Below are positions 49,260 to 59,255 of a stretch of DNA of 64,000 nucleotides, one piece after another; the stretch's first letter is position 1; every line of letters begins with the position of its first letter. Both the position numbers and the translations under genes were made by a program. This DNA comes from a virus (Duplodnaviria > Caudoviricetes). The notes beneath the pieces were generated by a model. That model was not told the DNA's origin and ran no database searches. It saw only the letters and a program-made list of their open reading frames with translations. Where the stretch lies: the IMG/VR virus record IMGVR_UViG_3300026116_000035, one strand, 5' to 3'.

Positions 49260-52200
49260 ATGAGCGGAACAAAATACCCTTACCAAATTGATTCTAATTC
49301 TGAATTAATTTTAACTACAGATAATGTAACCGCAGTAAAAGCTCAAGTTGTTAATGATTTGCGTGGTGCTATTATTGCTATTGAAACAGAATTAGGCATC
49401 GATCCATCACGAGAATACGGTACAGTTAGAGCTCGTTTAGATGCAATGACTGCAATACTAAATGCTTTACAGGGTAATAATGGTAGTGGTAATGCAAATT
49501 TAACAACAATACCACCAGTTAATGTTACAAAATCTCCAGCTCAATTAGGAAGTATTCAAGAAGCAGCATTATCTGATCATAAACATGATGTAGCTACTTC
49601 TTCAGCTACTTCTATTAGTTCTATAAATAGTGAAGGTTCATCTACATTTTTAGCAAGAGCAGATCATACTCATGCTGTAGTTGGATTTTCTATTGCATCT
49701 CAAGTTCAAGGATCAATTCTTTATTATAATGGAACTAATTGGGTACAACTATCTCCTAGCAATGATGGATTTGTATTAACAACTCATGGAGCTAATAATA
49801 ATCCTAGTTGGCAGGCTTCTCCTACTGGCACTACATTAACTAATAATAGCCCAGTTAATGTTACAAAATCACCGGCAGTTTTAGGTGTTGGAACAGCTGC
49901 TGCAAGAGATGACCATAAGCATGATATTTCTACTGCTGCCGCAATATCTATTACAAATACAAATACAGAAGGTACAGCAACAACTTTAGCTAGATCTGAT
50001 CATACTCATGCTTTAGCTGGAGCAGTAGGTGGCAATTTATCAGGAACATTACCAAATCCAACAGTTACAGGATTTACAATTCCTGGACAAGTACAAGGAG
50101 CAGTACTTTATTTTAATGGTACGAATTGGGTTACATTAAATCCTGGTACTGATGGATATGTATTAACTACTCATTCAACTGGAAATAATCCCGCTTGGAC
50201 TTCATTACCTAGTGGAATTGCATTAGCTGTAGTCGCTCCATTAGATGTAGATAAAACTGCTGCATCAATAGGAGTATCAGCAAGAGCTGCTCATGAAGAT
50301 CATAAACATGATATTTCTACAGCTTCAGCAGTATCTGTAGGAGCAACAAATGCAGAGGGTGTAGCTACAAGCTTAGCACGATCAGATCATACCCATGCTG
50401 TAATTGATTTAAAATTAACTAATCAAGCTCAAGGTGATGTTATATATTTTAATGGAACTAATTGGGTAAGACTTCCTGCAAGTACTGATGGATTTGTATT
50501 AACTACTCATTCTGTTGGTCAAAATCCAACTTGGGCTGCAGTTCCCGGAATTTCATTAGCTACAATTGCTCCAGTTAATGTAACAAAAGCAGCAGCAGCA
50601 GTTGGAACTTCTGTACGTGCTGCCCGTGAAGATCATAAACATGATATTTCTACAGCTTCAGCAATATCTATTGGAACAGTTAATTCAGAAGGCACAGCTA
50701 CTACTTTAGCTCGTTCAGACCATACGCATTCTGTTTCTGGTTTTTCAATTACAGGACAAACACAGGGTGATATTTTATATTTTAATGGAACTAATTGGGT
50801 AAGATTGCCACCCAGTACTGATGGGTTTATTTTAACTACACACAATGTCGGTAATAATCCTACGTGGTCAGCGGCTCCTACAGGTGTTACGTTATCTAAT
50901 ATTGCGCCAGTAGATGTAGATACAAGTGCGGCTGTAGTAGGAGTCGGAACAACAGCGGCCCGTTCAGATCATAAACATAGTATTGCAACTGGTGTAGCTG
51001 TTTCAATTGGAGCACTAAATTCACAAGGTTCAGCCTTAGCTTTAGCTCGCTCAGATCATACTCATGCTGTAATTGATTTGGCAATTGCTAGTCAAGCTCA
51101 AGGTGATATTATATATTTTAATGGAACTAATTGGGTAAGGCTTCCTGCTGCTACTGATGGATTTGTACTAACTACTCATGGTGTGGGTGCAAATCCTACA
51201 TGGACTACTGTACCTACATTAACTTCAGCAGCTCCGGTAAATGTAAATGTATCAGCAGCTGCAGTAGGGACAGCTACTACAGTTGCAAGGGCAGACCATA
51301 AGCATAATATTGATGTTGGAACTGCTGTATCTATAGGGGCAGCAAATACAGCTGGATCGGCTACTAGTTTAGCTAGGTCTGATCATACTCACGCGGTAGT
51401 TGATTTATCTATTACTGGTCAAACACGTGGAGATATTATATTTTTTAATGGAACTAATTGGGTAAGACTTCCTGCGAGTACTGATGGTTATGTATTAACT
51501 ACTCATAGTACTACAGCAAATCCAACATGGACAGCGGTTGTTGGTAGTGGCGGAACAATTACTAGTGTATTTGGTAGAACTGGCCCTGGAATTGTGGCAG
51601 TTTCAGGAGATTACACTTCTACTCAAATAACTAATTTATCTACAGTTACTGGAGCAAATGTAACTATAGCTTTAAATAATATTAATACAACAATATCTTC
51701 TATGGTTACTGGTGTTTCCTCAGTTTTCGGTAGAGCTGGTGCTGTTACTGCCGTCTCTGGAGATTATACGTCTACGTTAATAAGTAATTTATCAACTGTA
51801 ACTGGAGCAAATGTAACTATAGCATTAAACAATTTGAATACTGCGGTTTCTGCATTGCCTTCATTAACTTCAGCAGCTCCAGCAAATGTAAATGCATTAG
51901 CTGCAGCAGTTGGTGTAGCAACTACGGCGGCAAGGGCAGATCATAAACATAATATTGATGTAGGTGTACCTGTAACAATTAGTACTACAAATAGTGCTGG
52001 TACTGCTACAAGTTTAGCTAGATCAGATCATACACATTTAGGTGTAGCAAGCTTTATTGGCAGAACTGGAAATGTAGTAAGTGTTTCTGGTGATTATAAT
52101 TCCAGTCAAATTACAAATTTATCAAATATTACGGGAAGTACGGTTACTGATGCTTTAAATAGAGTACCTGTTGAATATCAAACCGTATTAACTTTAGCGG

Positions 52201-53030
52201 CATCTAGAAATTTATTAGCAACTGATATTGGAGCACTTTTAATTGTAACAAGCAACAATGTAACATTCACATTATTAAATGATGCAACAGTAACTTTTCC
52301 AATTGGTGGAAAAGTAACATTTCAAGTTGAAGCTCCAAGTGATCCAAGTGGATTTTCTATTTCAACTGGTAGCGGTGTAACTATAGCTGTTCCAGGTGAT
52401 AACGTTTATTATCATAGACACGCTTTATTTGAAGTTATAAAAACAGGAGCTAATGTTTGGGCTCAATATGAACGAAATAATGTTAATAATTCATTTGAGC
52501 TAGCTGATGCCAGTTTATTCGCTAAACCTACAGTATATGATACGCTTAATTATATTTATAACCAAATTAATGGTAAAGTAAATGGAACATATTATATACC
52601 ATTATGTCCTGTTTATGATCCAAATTTAACTGGAGCTACTGGTTGGAGTTTTAATCCTGCTTGGACTGGTACAGGTCATGGCCAATCAATTATGTTTGCT
52701 ATGCCAGGACGTTTTAATCAATTTATTACACAGGTGACAGTAAGGGTAGTTGCTGATTCTCATACAGCTTTACCACAAATTATGCCAAACATTTCATTAT
52801 ATGCAACAAGTACAGCTTCAGGGGCAAATTTAGATAATTGGAGTTCTGGTGTATCTGACCCTTCTACAACTACGGCTCAATATACAACGGCGCATAATAT
52901 TGTGGTTAATGCTTTTTCAACTGGAATACCACCTACTCAATCAGCGTTTGTTCTCATACATGATGAAGCTGGAACTAATGCTAGAACCGGATTCGTAATT
53001 ATTTCAATAGCCGTACAATACAGCATTTAA
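49260..53030 (+). CDS. long repetitive tail fibre protein
   Basis: 7 DHKH plus 7 DHTH motifs, 6 (Y/F)(F/Y)NGTNW...LTTH...NP(S/A/T)W modules, 3 (V/I)FGR(T/A)G...SGDY-like modules. Confidence 0.85.
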   Translation: MSGTKYPYQIDSNSELILTTDNVTAVKAQVVNDLRGAIIAIETELGIDPSREYGTVRARLDAMTAILNALQGNNGSGNANLTTIPPVNVTKSPAQLGSIQEAALSDHKHDVATSSATSISSINSEGSSTFLARADHTHAVVGFSIASQVQGSILYYNGTNWVQLSPSNDGFVLTTHGANNNPSWQASPTGTTLTNNSPVNVTKSPAVLGVGTAAARDDHKHDISTAAAISITNTNTEGTATTLARSDHTHALAGAVGGNLSGTLPNPTVTGFTIPGQVQGAVLYFNGTNWVTLNPGTDGYVLTTHSTGNNPAWTSLPSGIALAVVAPLDVDKTAASIGVSARAAHEDHKHDISTASAVSVGATNAEGVATSLARSDHTHAVIDLKLTNQAQGDVIYFNGTNWVRLPASTDGFVLTTHSVGQNPTWAAVPGISLATIAPVNVTKAAAAVGTSVRAAREDHKHDISTASAISIGTVNSEGTATTLARSDHTHSVSGFSITGQTQGDILYFNGTNWVRLPPSTDGFILTTHNVGNNPTWSAAPTGVTLSNIAPVDVDTSAAVVGVGTTAARSDHKHSIATGVAVSIGALNSQGSALALARSDHTHAVIDLAIASQAQGDIIYFNGTNWVRLPAATDGFVLTTHGVGANPTWTTVPTLTSAAPVNVNVSAAAVGTATTVARADHKHNIDVGTAVSIGAANTAGSATSLARSDHTHAVVDLSITGQTRGDIIFFNGTNWVRLPASTDGYVLTTHSTTANPTWTAVVGSGGTITSVFGRTGPGIVAVSGDYTSTQITNLSTVTGANVTIALNNINTTISSMVTGVSSVFGRAGAVTAVSGDYTSTLISNLSTVTGANVTIALNNLNTAVSALPSLTSAAPANVNALAAAVGVATTAARADHKHNIDVGVPVTISTTNSAGTATSLARSDHTHLGVASFIGRTGNVVSVSGDYNSSQITNLSNITGSTVTDALNRVPVEYQTVLTLAASRNLLATDIGALLIVTSNNVTFTLLNDATVTFPIGGKVTFQVEAPSDPSGFSISTGSGVTIAVPGDNVYYHRHALFEVIKTGANVWAQYERNNVNNSFELADASLFAKPTVYDTLNYIYNQINGKVNGTYYIPLCPVYDPNLTGATGWSFNPAWTGTGHGQSIMFAMPGRFNQFITQVTVRVVADSHTALPQIMPNISLYATSTASGANLDNWSSGVSDPSTTTAQYTTAHNIVVNAFSTGIPPTQSAFVLIHDEAGTNARTGFVIISIAVQYSI
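49400..49448 (+). repeat. 49-bp perfect direct repeat, copy 2
   Basis: Identical to 42817-42865 and in the same reading frame. Confidence 0.95.
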
Positions 53031-53116
53031 TTTTATTTATTTTGCTTATATTATTAATTAAATTTTATAACTTAAATAATTTTTGTTATATATAAAGTCC
53101 ATGATTAAGGAATTAT

Positions 53117-54325
53117 ATGGACAAGTATGATATTGGAATAATTGGAGCAGGAATTGCCGGAACTTTTGCTGCATTAAAAGCCGCTGAATCTTATAATGCC
53201 AAAGTAATATTATTTGAATTAGGTCATAAACCTGGAAAACGAAGACGATTTTTAGAAGGTTTTTTAGGTTGTTTTCCTACTGGTGATGGAAAAATATATA
53301 CAGATACTAATCAAATTTTAGAGTATGTAGATGGTAGAACTGTAAAATCAGCTAGTAATTGGGTTATGAAACAATTTGATTCAATTGTTAAAAATAAAAT
53401 AATTAAAGATAAATTACCTAGTGCAGCACTTCAAAAAAAATTAACTGCAGCGAATATTAATATTTCTACAAATGATTATATTCAATGGAAACCAGAAAGC
53501 ATTCATCTATTATCAAAGCAAGTAACGGAAATTATTGAATCTTCTGGAAATATTACTTTTAGTTTTGATAATGAAGTTACTAAAGTTACTAAAGAGAAAA
53601 ATGGTTTTATTATTTCCACCGCTTCTGAAGGTGAAATATTTGCTAAAAAAATAATAATTAGTGTAGGTAGAAGTGGTTGGAGGTGGGTTAATACTTTATA
53701 TAAAGATTTTGGGTTAACAATAAAAGATGATATTGCTTCTTATGGAATATATTTAGAATGTCCTGCAAATCAATTAAAAGAATTAAATCATTCTCATTGT
53801 ACATTGAGTCGTTCAGATTTTGAATTAGGACCATTTAATTGGAGTGGCACAATAATTCCAGAAGATCATGCTGACTTAGTTATTGCTGCATTTAGATCAA
53901 ATGAAGATCGTTGGAAATCTGACAAAGTTTCATTTTCATTAATTGGTCATAGAAAAGTAAATGATGGGGATGGAATTTATCAAGCGGATAGATTGGCAAA
54001 ATTAGCTTATTTATTATTTAACGATAGAATTGGTAAAGAAAAAATTAAATTAATTACAAAAAATAATTCACCTTTATCACAATTACCAGAATATGATTGG
54101 TTAAATGAAACTATAAATGAATTGAATACATTATTTCCATTTTTAATATCTAAGGGATCTTTTCATGCTCCAAATATATTACCATTAGCTGCACCAATTA
54201 GAATAGGACCGAATTTAGAAACTGAAATTGAAGATATGTTTGTAGCGGGAGAAAGTGGAAGATTTCGAGGAATATCAGCTGCAGCAATTTCTGGAACAAT
54301 TGCTATAGAGAATGCATGTAAATAA
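53117..54325 (+). CDS. FAD/NAD(P)-dependent oxidoreductase
   Basis: IGIIGAGIAG (GxGxxG), FELG, GDGK, ISVGRSG, FVAGES...GISAAAISG. Confidence 0.8.
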   Translation: MDKYDIGIIGAGIAGTFAALKAAESYNAKVILFELGHKPGKRRRFLEGFLGCFPTGDGKIYTDTNQILEYVDGRTVKSASNWVMKQFDSIVKNKIIKDKLPSAALQKKLTAANINISTNDYIQWKPESIHLLSKQVTEIIESSGNITFSFDNEVTKVTKEKNGFIISTASEGEIFAKKIIISVGRSGWRWVNTLYKDFGLTIKDDIASYGIYLECPANQLKELNHSHCTLSRSDFELGPFNWSGTIIPEDHADLVIAAFRSNEDRWKSDKVSFSLIGHRKVNDGDGIYQADRLAKLAYLLFNDRIGKEKIKLITKNNSPLSQLPEYDWLNETINELNTLFPFLISKGSFHAPNILPLAAPIRIGPNLETEIEDMFVAGESGRFRGISAAAISGTIAIENACK

Positions 54326-54334
54326 GGAAATATT

Positions 54335-54667
54335 ATGGAAAAATATGAAGATGATACAGTTTCTTATTCAGATGGACAACAAAAATATTTTAATGCCGCT
54401 TTGAAATATAATAATGAATTTTATAAAGACGAGGATAATATTCAGCAAAAAGTAATTAATGTAAAGCGAACAAAATTAAGAAAAGGTGAAGATTGGGAAA
54501 TATTAGAGAATAAAAAAGTGGTTCTAATTTTAAAAGGTGTAAGGTTTAATAATAAAGAAAAAGAATATTTTAGAACGATTGAAGGTATTAAATTTATAAT
54601 GGATGGATATAAAAATGGGTGGGATTCAATATTAAAATTTAAAATCGAGCTGAGGAAAATTTTATGA
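54335..54667 (+). CDS. hypothetical protein
   Basis: 110-aa ORF with AAGGA SD. Confidence 0.6.
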   Translation: MEKYEDDTVSYSDGQQKYFNAALKYNNEFYKDEDNIQQKVINVKRTKLRKGEDWEILENKKVVLILKGVRFNNKEKEYFRTIEGIKFIMDGYKNGWDSILKFKIELRKIL

Positions 54668-54861
54668 TTATATTTGATGGCATTATTCCAAAACCAGGAC
54701 AGATGGCAATATTACGATTTAAAAATGAGAATAATATTACAATCGATATACCCATAGATAAATTTGCAGCAGATCGTATTTCTTTATATTTAACAAAATT
54801 GTCTGGATTAGGAAATTCTGTCGAGCGAGGAAATATTGAAAACTTAGAAAACTCTGAATAA
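54664..54861 (+). CDS. hypothetical protein
   Basis: 65-aa ORF, ATGA-coupled. Confidence 0.55.
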   Translation: MIIFDGIIPKPGQMAILRFKNENNITIDIPIDKFAADRISLYLTKLSGLGNSVERGNIENLENSE

Positions 54862-54875
54862 GGAGTTTTTAAAAT

Positions 54876-55526
54876 ATGACTGAAGGTTACGTAATATATA
54901 TTTCTGACGTTGAATCTACTGGTTTAAATAAAGAAGAAAACGAAATTATAGAATTATCCATGCTACGGCTTTTTTTAGATGGGTCTAGAGAAGATGAACA
55001 AAAAACTTGGCTAGTTCGAGCTTTAAAACCAGAAACGATTACAGAAGAATCATTAAAAATTAACGGTCACAAGCGAGAAGATATTTTATGTATGACGAAA
55101 TTTGGTCAAGAAAATTATTTGCATCCAGAAATTGTACTTCCACAAGTAGAGAACTGGATCGCTGAAGACGATATGACTTCTTCTGAGAGAGTTTTGGGTG
55201 GGCAAAATATAAAATTTGATTTCGATATGATGGAAGAAACTTGGAAAAGATTTAATTCTATAGGTACTTTTCCTTTTCAAACTGGTCACAATAGACTAAC
55301 TGTAGATACAAAAGAATTAGCTTTATTTATTGATATAATTGCTGGTAAAAGAAGAAAGTTTTATAATTTAGGATCATTGGTAAAGGACTATGGTATTAAA
55401 AAAGAAAAAGCCCATAGAGCTGATGCAGACGTTAGAATGACTAAAGATTTATTAGTTAAACAAATCAGTATATTTAAAAAAGTAATACAAGAAAGTAAAT
55501 TAGATATTTTTCCAAAAGATGAATGA
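54876..55526 (+). CDS. DEDDh 3'-5' exonuclease (DnaQ/Pol III epsilon-like)
   Basis: SDVESTG (ExoI), GQNIKFDF (ExoII), AHRADADV (ExoIII). Confidence 0.88.
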   Translation: MTEGYVIYISDVESTGLNKEENEIIELSMLRLFLDGSREDEQKTWLVRALKPETITEESLKINGHKREDILCMTKFGQENYLHPEIVLPQVENWIAEDDMTSSERVLGGQNIKFDFDMMEETWKRFNSIGTFPFQTGHNRLTVDTKELALFIDIIAGKRRKFYNLGSLVKDYGIKKEKAHRADADVRMTKDLLVKQISIFKKVIQESKLDIFPKDE

Positions 55527-56395
55527 ATATTATATATAGTGCAGGAAATAGAATAGGTGCAAATAATCAATTATTAAGATTTTTAGAAAATACTAATCAT
55601 AATATAAAAATTGCCGCATATATATCTTCTAGTTATTCTATCCCCCATGTAGATTGGATTTTAAATGCTGTTCATATAAATAATTATCCTTTTGTAGAAG
55701 ATTTAGAATCAATTAGAAATAATCAAAATGTAGTTGAATTACTTTTAAATGATGTGTTTAAATTTAAACCAAATTTGATTATATCAGATTCAGAACATAT
55801 TTTAGTTTATATAGCTAAAAGATTAGAAATTCCTGTATGGTATTGCAGTCCTTTGAATTTAATTGAAGCTATAAATTGGAAGAAGCCGTTAATTTATGAT
55901 TATTTATTTAATCAATATAAAAACAAATTACCGAAAGCAGATAAATATTTAATTTATTCATCATTTTGTGATATCTTAAATCCACCTGAAATAAAAGAAA
56001 ATTATACTTGGATTCGTCCTTATTATACTGAGCCTACAAAAGTCTGTATAGATGAAAATAGCAGAAGAATTATATTTAATAATATATTGAGATATATAGA
56101 TTTAAATGATTATAGTTTTACTGATGGCAATACCAATAGTATATCTAATTTATTTTATCATAATAAAAAAATTATTATAAGTCCAAATGCTAAAAATTTA
56201 GAAGCTTTAGTTAATTCAGTATTAATTGAACAATATAAAATTGGACATAACGTAGGTCAAATAGAATTAATGGGAAATAGGGCTGTTGATGCTTTAGAAG
56301 ATTTTACATATAAAGAATGTAAAAATATAGAATTAAATAATAGCAATCATTTACAATTACACGAATATATTGAGGAACATGCATATAGCTTTTGA
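55523..56395 (+). CDS. divergent GT-B-like protein
   Basis: MNIIYS, KPNLIISDSE, FTDG...IIISP resemble GT28/MJ1255-like proteins; weak. Confidence 0.4.
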   Translation: MNIIYSAGNRIGANNQLLRFLENTNHNIKIAAYISSSYSIPHVDWILNAVHINNYPFVEDLESIRNNQNVVELLLNDVFKFKPNLIISDSEHILVYIAKRLEIPVWYCSPLNLIEAINWKKPLIYDYLFNQYKNKLPKADKYLIYSSFCDILNPPEIKENYTWIRPYYTEPTKVCIDENSRRIIFNNILRYIDLNDYSFTDGNTNSISNLFYHNKKIIISPNAKNLEALVNSVLIEQYKIGHNVGQIELMGNRAVDALEDFTYKECKNIELNNSNHLQLHEYIEEHAYSF

Positions 56396-57023
56396 TTTAG
56401 GCAATGTAATATTTAATTATGATTTAGATAATTTTATTAAACAAATACGATCACACGATGATGCAAGAAAAATATTTCCTAATTATAATGAAGCTAAAAT
56501 TTTCGTTCAAGAATCAGAACATTTAAGTTATATTGGTGCTACAACTTTATATAAAAGATTATCTCATAAATTTTCACATTTATCTGAAGATAATAAAATA
56601 AGTATTATTAATACATGGAATAATATTATTTATCCAGATCAAAGAATGTTAGATTTTATAGAAGAATTAAAAAAAGAAAATGTTAAAATTGCTTTATTAA
56701 GCAATATGGGATTAGAACATGCCGAATATTTACGAAATAAATATCCTGAAGTATTTGATGTTGAGGCTATTCATTTAAGTTATGAAGTTGGAGCTTTTAA
56801 ACCAACTAAATTATTTTATCAAAGTTTTTTATTAGAATATCCAGATTTTTCAGAATGCGTTTATCTAGATGATTTAGAAGAGAATATTTTAATGGGTTCA
56901 AGATTTAAATTTAATAGTGTTTTATTTGATCTTAAAAAATTATCGCAAGAGTCAGAAAAGAATTTTAAATTAAATTTAGATAAAATTAAAAATCAAGTTT
57001 TACAAGGTGCATTGACATTATAA
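56379..57023 (+). CDS. HAD family phosphatase (YihX-like)
   Basis: AFDLGNVI, LLSN, SYEVGAFKP, YLDDLEEN. Confidence 0.82.
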   Translation: MHIAFDLGNVIFNYDLDNFIKQIRSHDDARKIFPNYNEAKIFVQESEHLSYIGATTLYKRLSHKFSHLSEDNKISIINTWNNIIYPDQRMLDFIEELKKENVKIALLSNMGLEHAEYLRNKYPEVFDVEAIHLSYEVGAFKPTKLFYQSFLLEYPDFSECVYLDDLEENILMGSRFKFNSVLFDLKKLSQESEKNFKLNLDKIKNQVLQGALTL

Positions 57024-57124
57024 TTTAATTTGATTATATTTAAATACGTATCAATAATGTTACTTATAATTTCTATGTTTTAAACAATTTTCGAGGTTTT
57101 AGTTTTGACAATATATATTTGTTT

Positions 57125-57328
57125 ATGACTGAAAAATCATTAAAAAAAGCAGATCTCGAAATTGCACTAAATGGCATGGTAGCTGATGGAACTTTATTTG
57201 CTTCTTGCCCAAATTGTAAACAGCATTTAAATTATAATGAATATTGTTTAAGACGTTGTAATCAGTGCAAAAAAATAAAGTTTGAAGATATAACGTACAT
57301 AACTGGCGCTAAAAAAGATAACAATTGA
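57125..57328 (+). CDS. small zinc-ribbon protein
   Basis: CPNC...CNQC. Confidence 0.6.
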   Translation: MTEKSLKKADLEIALNGMVADGTLFASCPNCKQHLNYNEYCLRRCNQCKKIKFEDITYITGAKKDNN

Positions 57329-57338
57329 GAATATAAGA

Positions 57339-58862
57339 ATGCCTGAAAAAACTCAAGACCAACCACTATTAAAAACTGGCGAATATAAAGTAACACGAGT
57401 TATTGAATTGAGTTTTTTTGATTTAACTGGTGAAAAAGCGAAAACTTCTGGATCTTCTAATAAATTCTATAAATTAGAAGAACATATATCTTTAAATGAC
57501 TCTAGAGCTCAATTATATAGTATGTGGGGAGCTGTAGGTGGTCATTTAAATGAAGATTATCGTCATTATAATACCCATGAAAAAGCTGCTAAAGAATTTG
57601 ATTCTATTATAAAATCTAAGAAGAGAAAAGGTTATCAAGAAATAGATTTAGCGATTAGGGCTCATGGCTCAGATGAAGCTAAACAAATAATTAAACCAGT
57701 TGCTCTTTTAAATGTAGATAGTAATTTAAAATCAAAGAATAGTACCTTACATATAGAAACACAAAAATTAATTGTAAATTTAATGGGAGCAACTAATACG
57801 TTCGTTGCTCAAACATTACGTTGTCCACTTGGGCAACTTTCAAATTTACAGATAAATCACGGGCGAGATAAATTAAATCAAGCTAAAGATATTATTAATA
57901 AATATCCTGGAAAGTCAATTCCTGATAATTCAAATGATTCTAAAAAAATATTAGAATTAACAAATGATTTTTATAGCTTAATTCCTCATAATTTAGGTTC
58001 TGGATCGCGTGGAAAAATGGATCATTTATTATTAAATGATCTTAACAAAGTTGTACAAAAAGAATCCGATTTAGATACTTTATTAGATGCTAAGTCTATT
58101 GGTGCAGTTTTAAAATCTGATTCTAATGTAGATGATCAGTATGATACATTAAATGCTGATTTTACATATATTGATAACCAAGATCCTATATTTAAATATT
58201 TGGAAAATTACTTTCATAATTCCGCTAATTCAAGGCATGGATTTAATAGCGTAAAAGTAAAAAATATTTGGGCGGTTGAAAGAAGAGATTCAGAAAAAGA
58301 TTATTTATTAAAAAATATATCTAAAATTGCTAAAGAATGTGGCAAGCATACCTTTGAAAAAGAGGCTGCAGCTTTAGCTAAAAACCCAGCTCAATGGAGT
58401 CCAGCAAAACGATTAGATATGGATATAGAATTACAAAAAGAATATAATAAAGCTAATGTCTGGTTATGTTGGCATGGTACACGAAGTGCAAATGTTGTTG
58501 GTATTACTAAACGTGGTTTAATGATCAGACCTGCTGGAGCTATTCATACTGGAAGTCTAATGGGAGATGGAAAATATTTCGCTTGGCAGAGTACTAAATC
58601 TTTAAATTATTGTGATAATGGATATTGGACTGGTAAAAATAATAGTAATACTAATTCTCGCTACATGTTTATGTTAGATGTTGCATTAGGTAATATGCAT
58701 GTAGCCTCTGGTCCACATTTTTATAAATCGGCTCCTAAAGGCTTTCATTCAGTTTATGGCAAAGCTAATGTTTCAGGAGTTTTGAATGATGAAATGATTA
58801 CTTATGATTTTGAAGCAAAAGATACGCAGTCTCGCATTAGATATCTATTAGAAATAGTATAA
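57339..58862 (+). CDS. PARP-like ADP-ribosyltransferase with WGR-like, helical regulatory and catalytic domains
   Basis: SNKFY...YSMWGAVG...EFDSIIKSKKRKGY (WGR-like); LPLGQLS-like CPLGQLS and LTNDFYSLIPH (regulatory domain); WHGTR, GDGKYFA, STKSLNY, DEMITYD (H-Y-E triad). Confidence 0.88.
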   Translation: MPEKTQDQPLLKTGEYKVTRVIELSFFDLTGEKAKTSGSSNKFYKLEEHISLNDSRAQLYSMWGAVGGHLNEDYRHYNTHEKAAKEFDSIIKSKKRKGYQEIDLAIRAHGSDEAKQIIKPVALLNVDSNLKSKNSTLHIETQKLIVNLMGATNTFVAQTLRCPLGQLSNLQINHGRDKLNQAKDIINKYPGKSIPDNSNDSKKILELTNDFYSLIPHNLGSGSRGKMDHLLLNDLNKVVQKESDLDTLLDAKSIGAVLKSDSNVDDQYDTLNADFTYIDNQDPIFKYLENYFHNSANSRHGFNSVKVKNIWAVERRDSEKDYLLKNISKIAKECGKHTFEKEAAALAKNPAQWSPAKRLDMDIELQKEYNKANVWLCWHGTRSANVVGITKRGLMIRPAGAIHTGSLMGDGKYFAWQSTKSLNYCDNGYWTGKNNSNTNSRYMFMLDVALGNMHVASGPHFYKSAPKGFHSVYGKANVSGVLNDEMITYDFEAKDTQSRIRYLLEIV

Positions 58863-58893
58863 AATATATTTGTTTGTTAATTTGAGGAAAATA

Positions 58894-59130
58894 ATGAATA
58901 ATTTTTTAAAATGTATATTGTTACTTGGATTAACATCAAGTTGTTTATCAAAAGAAGATTTGTCTTCCTTAAAAAGGAATAAAATTATCTTCGAACAAAA
59001 AATGGAAATAAAGCCAAGTTCAGTTAATTGTTTTATTCATGTGGATATATATGAATGTTCTGGAATTACAAATGCAGGATTTCCTATAATGTATTCCTGT
59101 ACAACAACAATATGTACTATGGATAAATGA
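58894..59130 (+). CDS. small Cys-rich secreted/lipoprotein-like protein
   Basis: MNNFLKCILLLGLTSSC signal peptide with a lipobox-like Cys; start at ATG 58894 behind GAGG. Confidence 0.5.
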   Translation: MNNFLKCILLLGLTSSCLSKEDLSSLKRNKIIFEQKMEIKPSSVNCFIHVDIYECSGITNAGFPIMYSCTTTICTMDK

Positions 59131-59255
59131 TAAATTATTTCAATATATTATTTATTAATACTGGCATTTTTTTACCGTAAGTATTTTTGATAATTTCAAA
59201 AATAAAGAATGTTGTGAAATAAACGCTTTTGATAATTGTGAAATAAGGGTAATAA

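Noticed and set aside
57105-57135. TTGACA as a sigma-70 -35 box
   Set aside because: No -10 hexamer at 16-18 bp spacing
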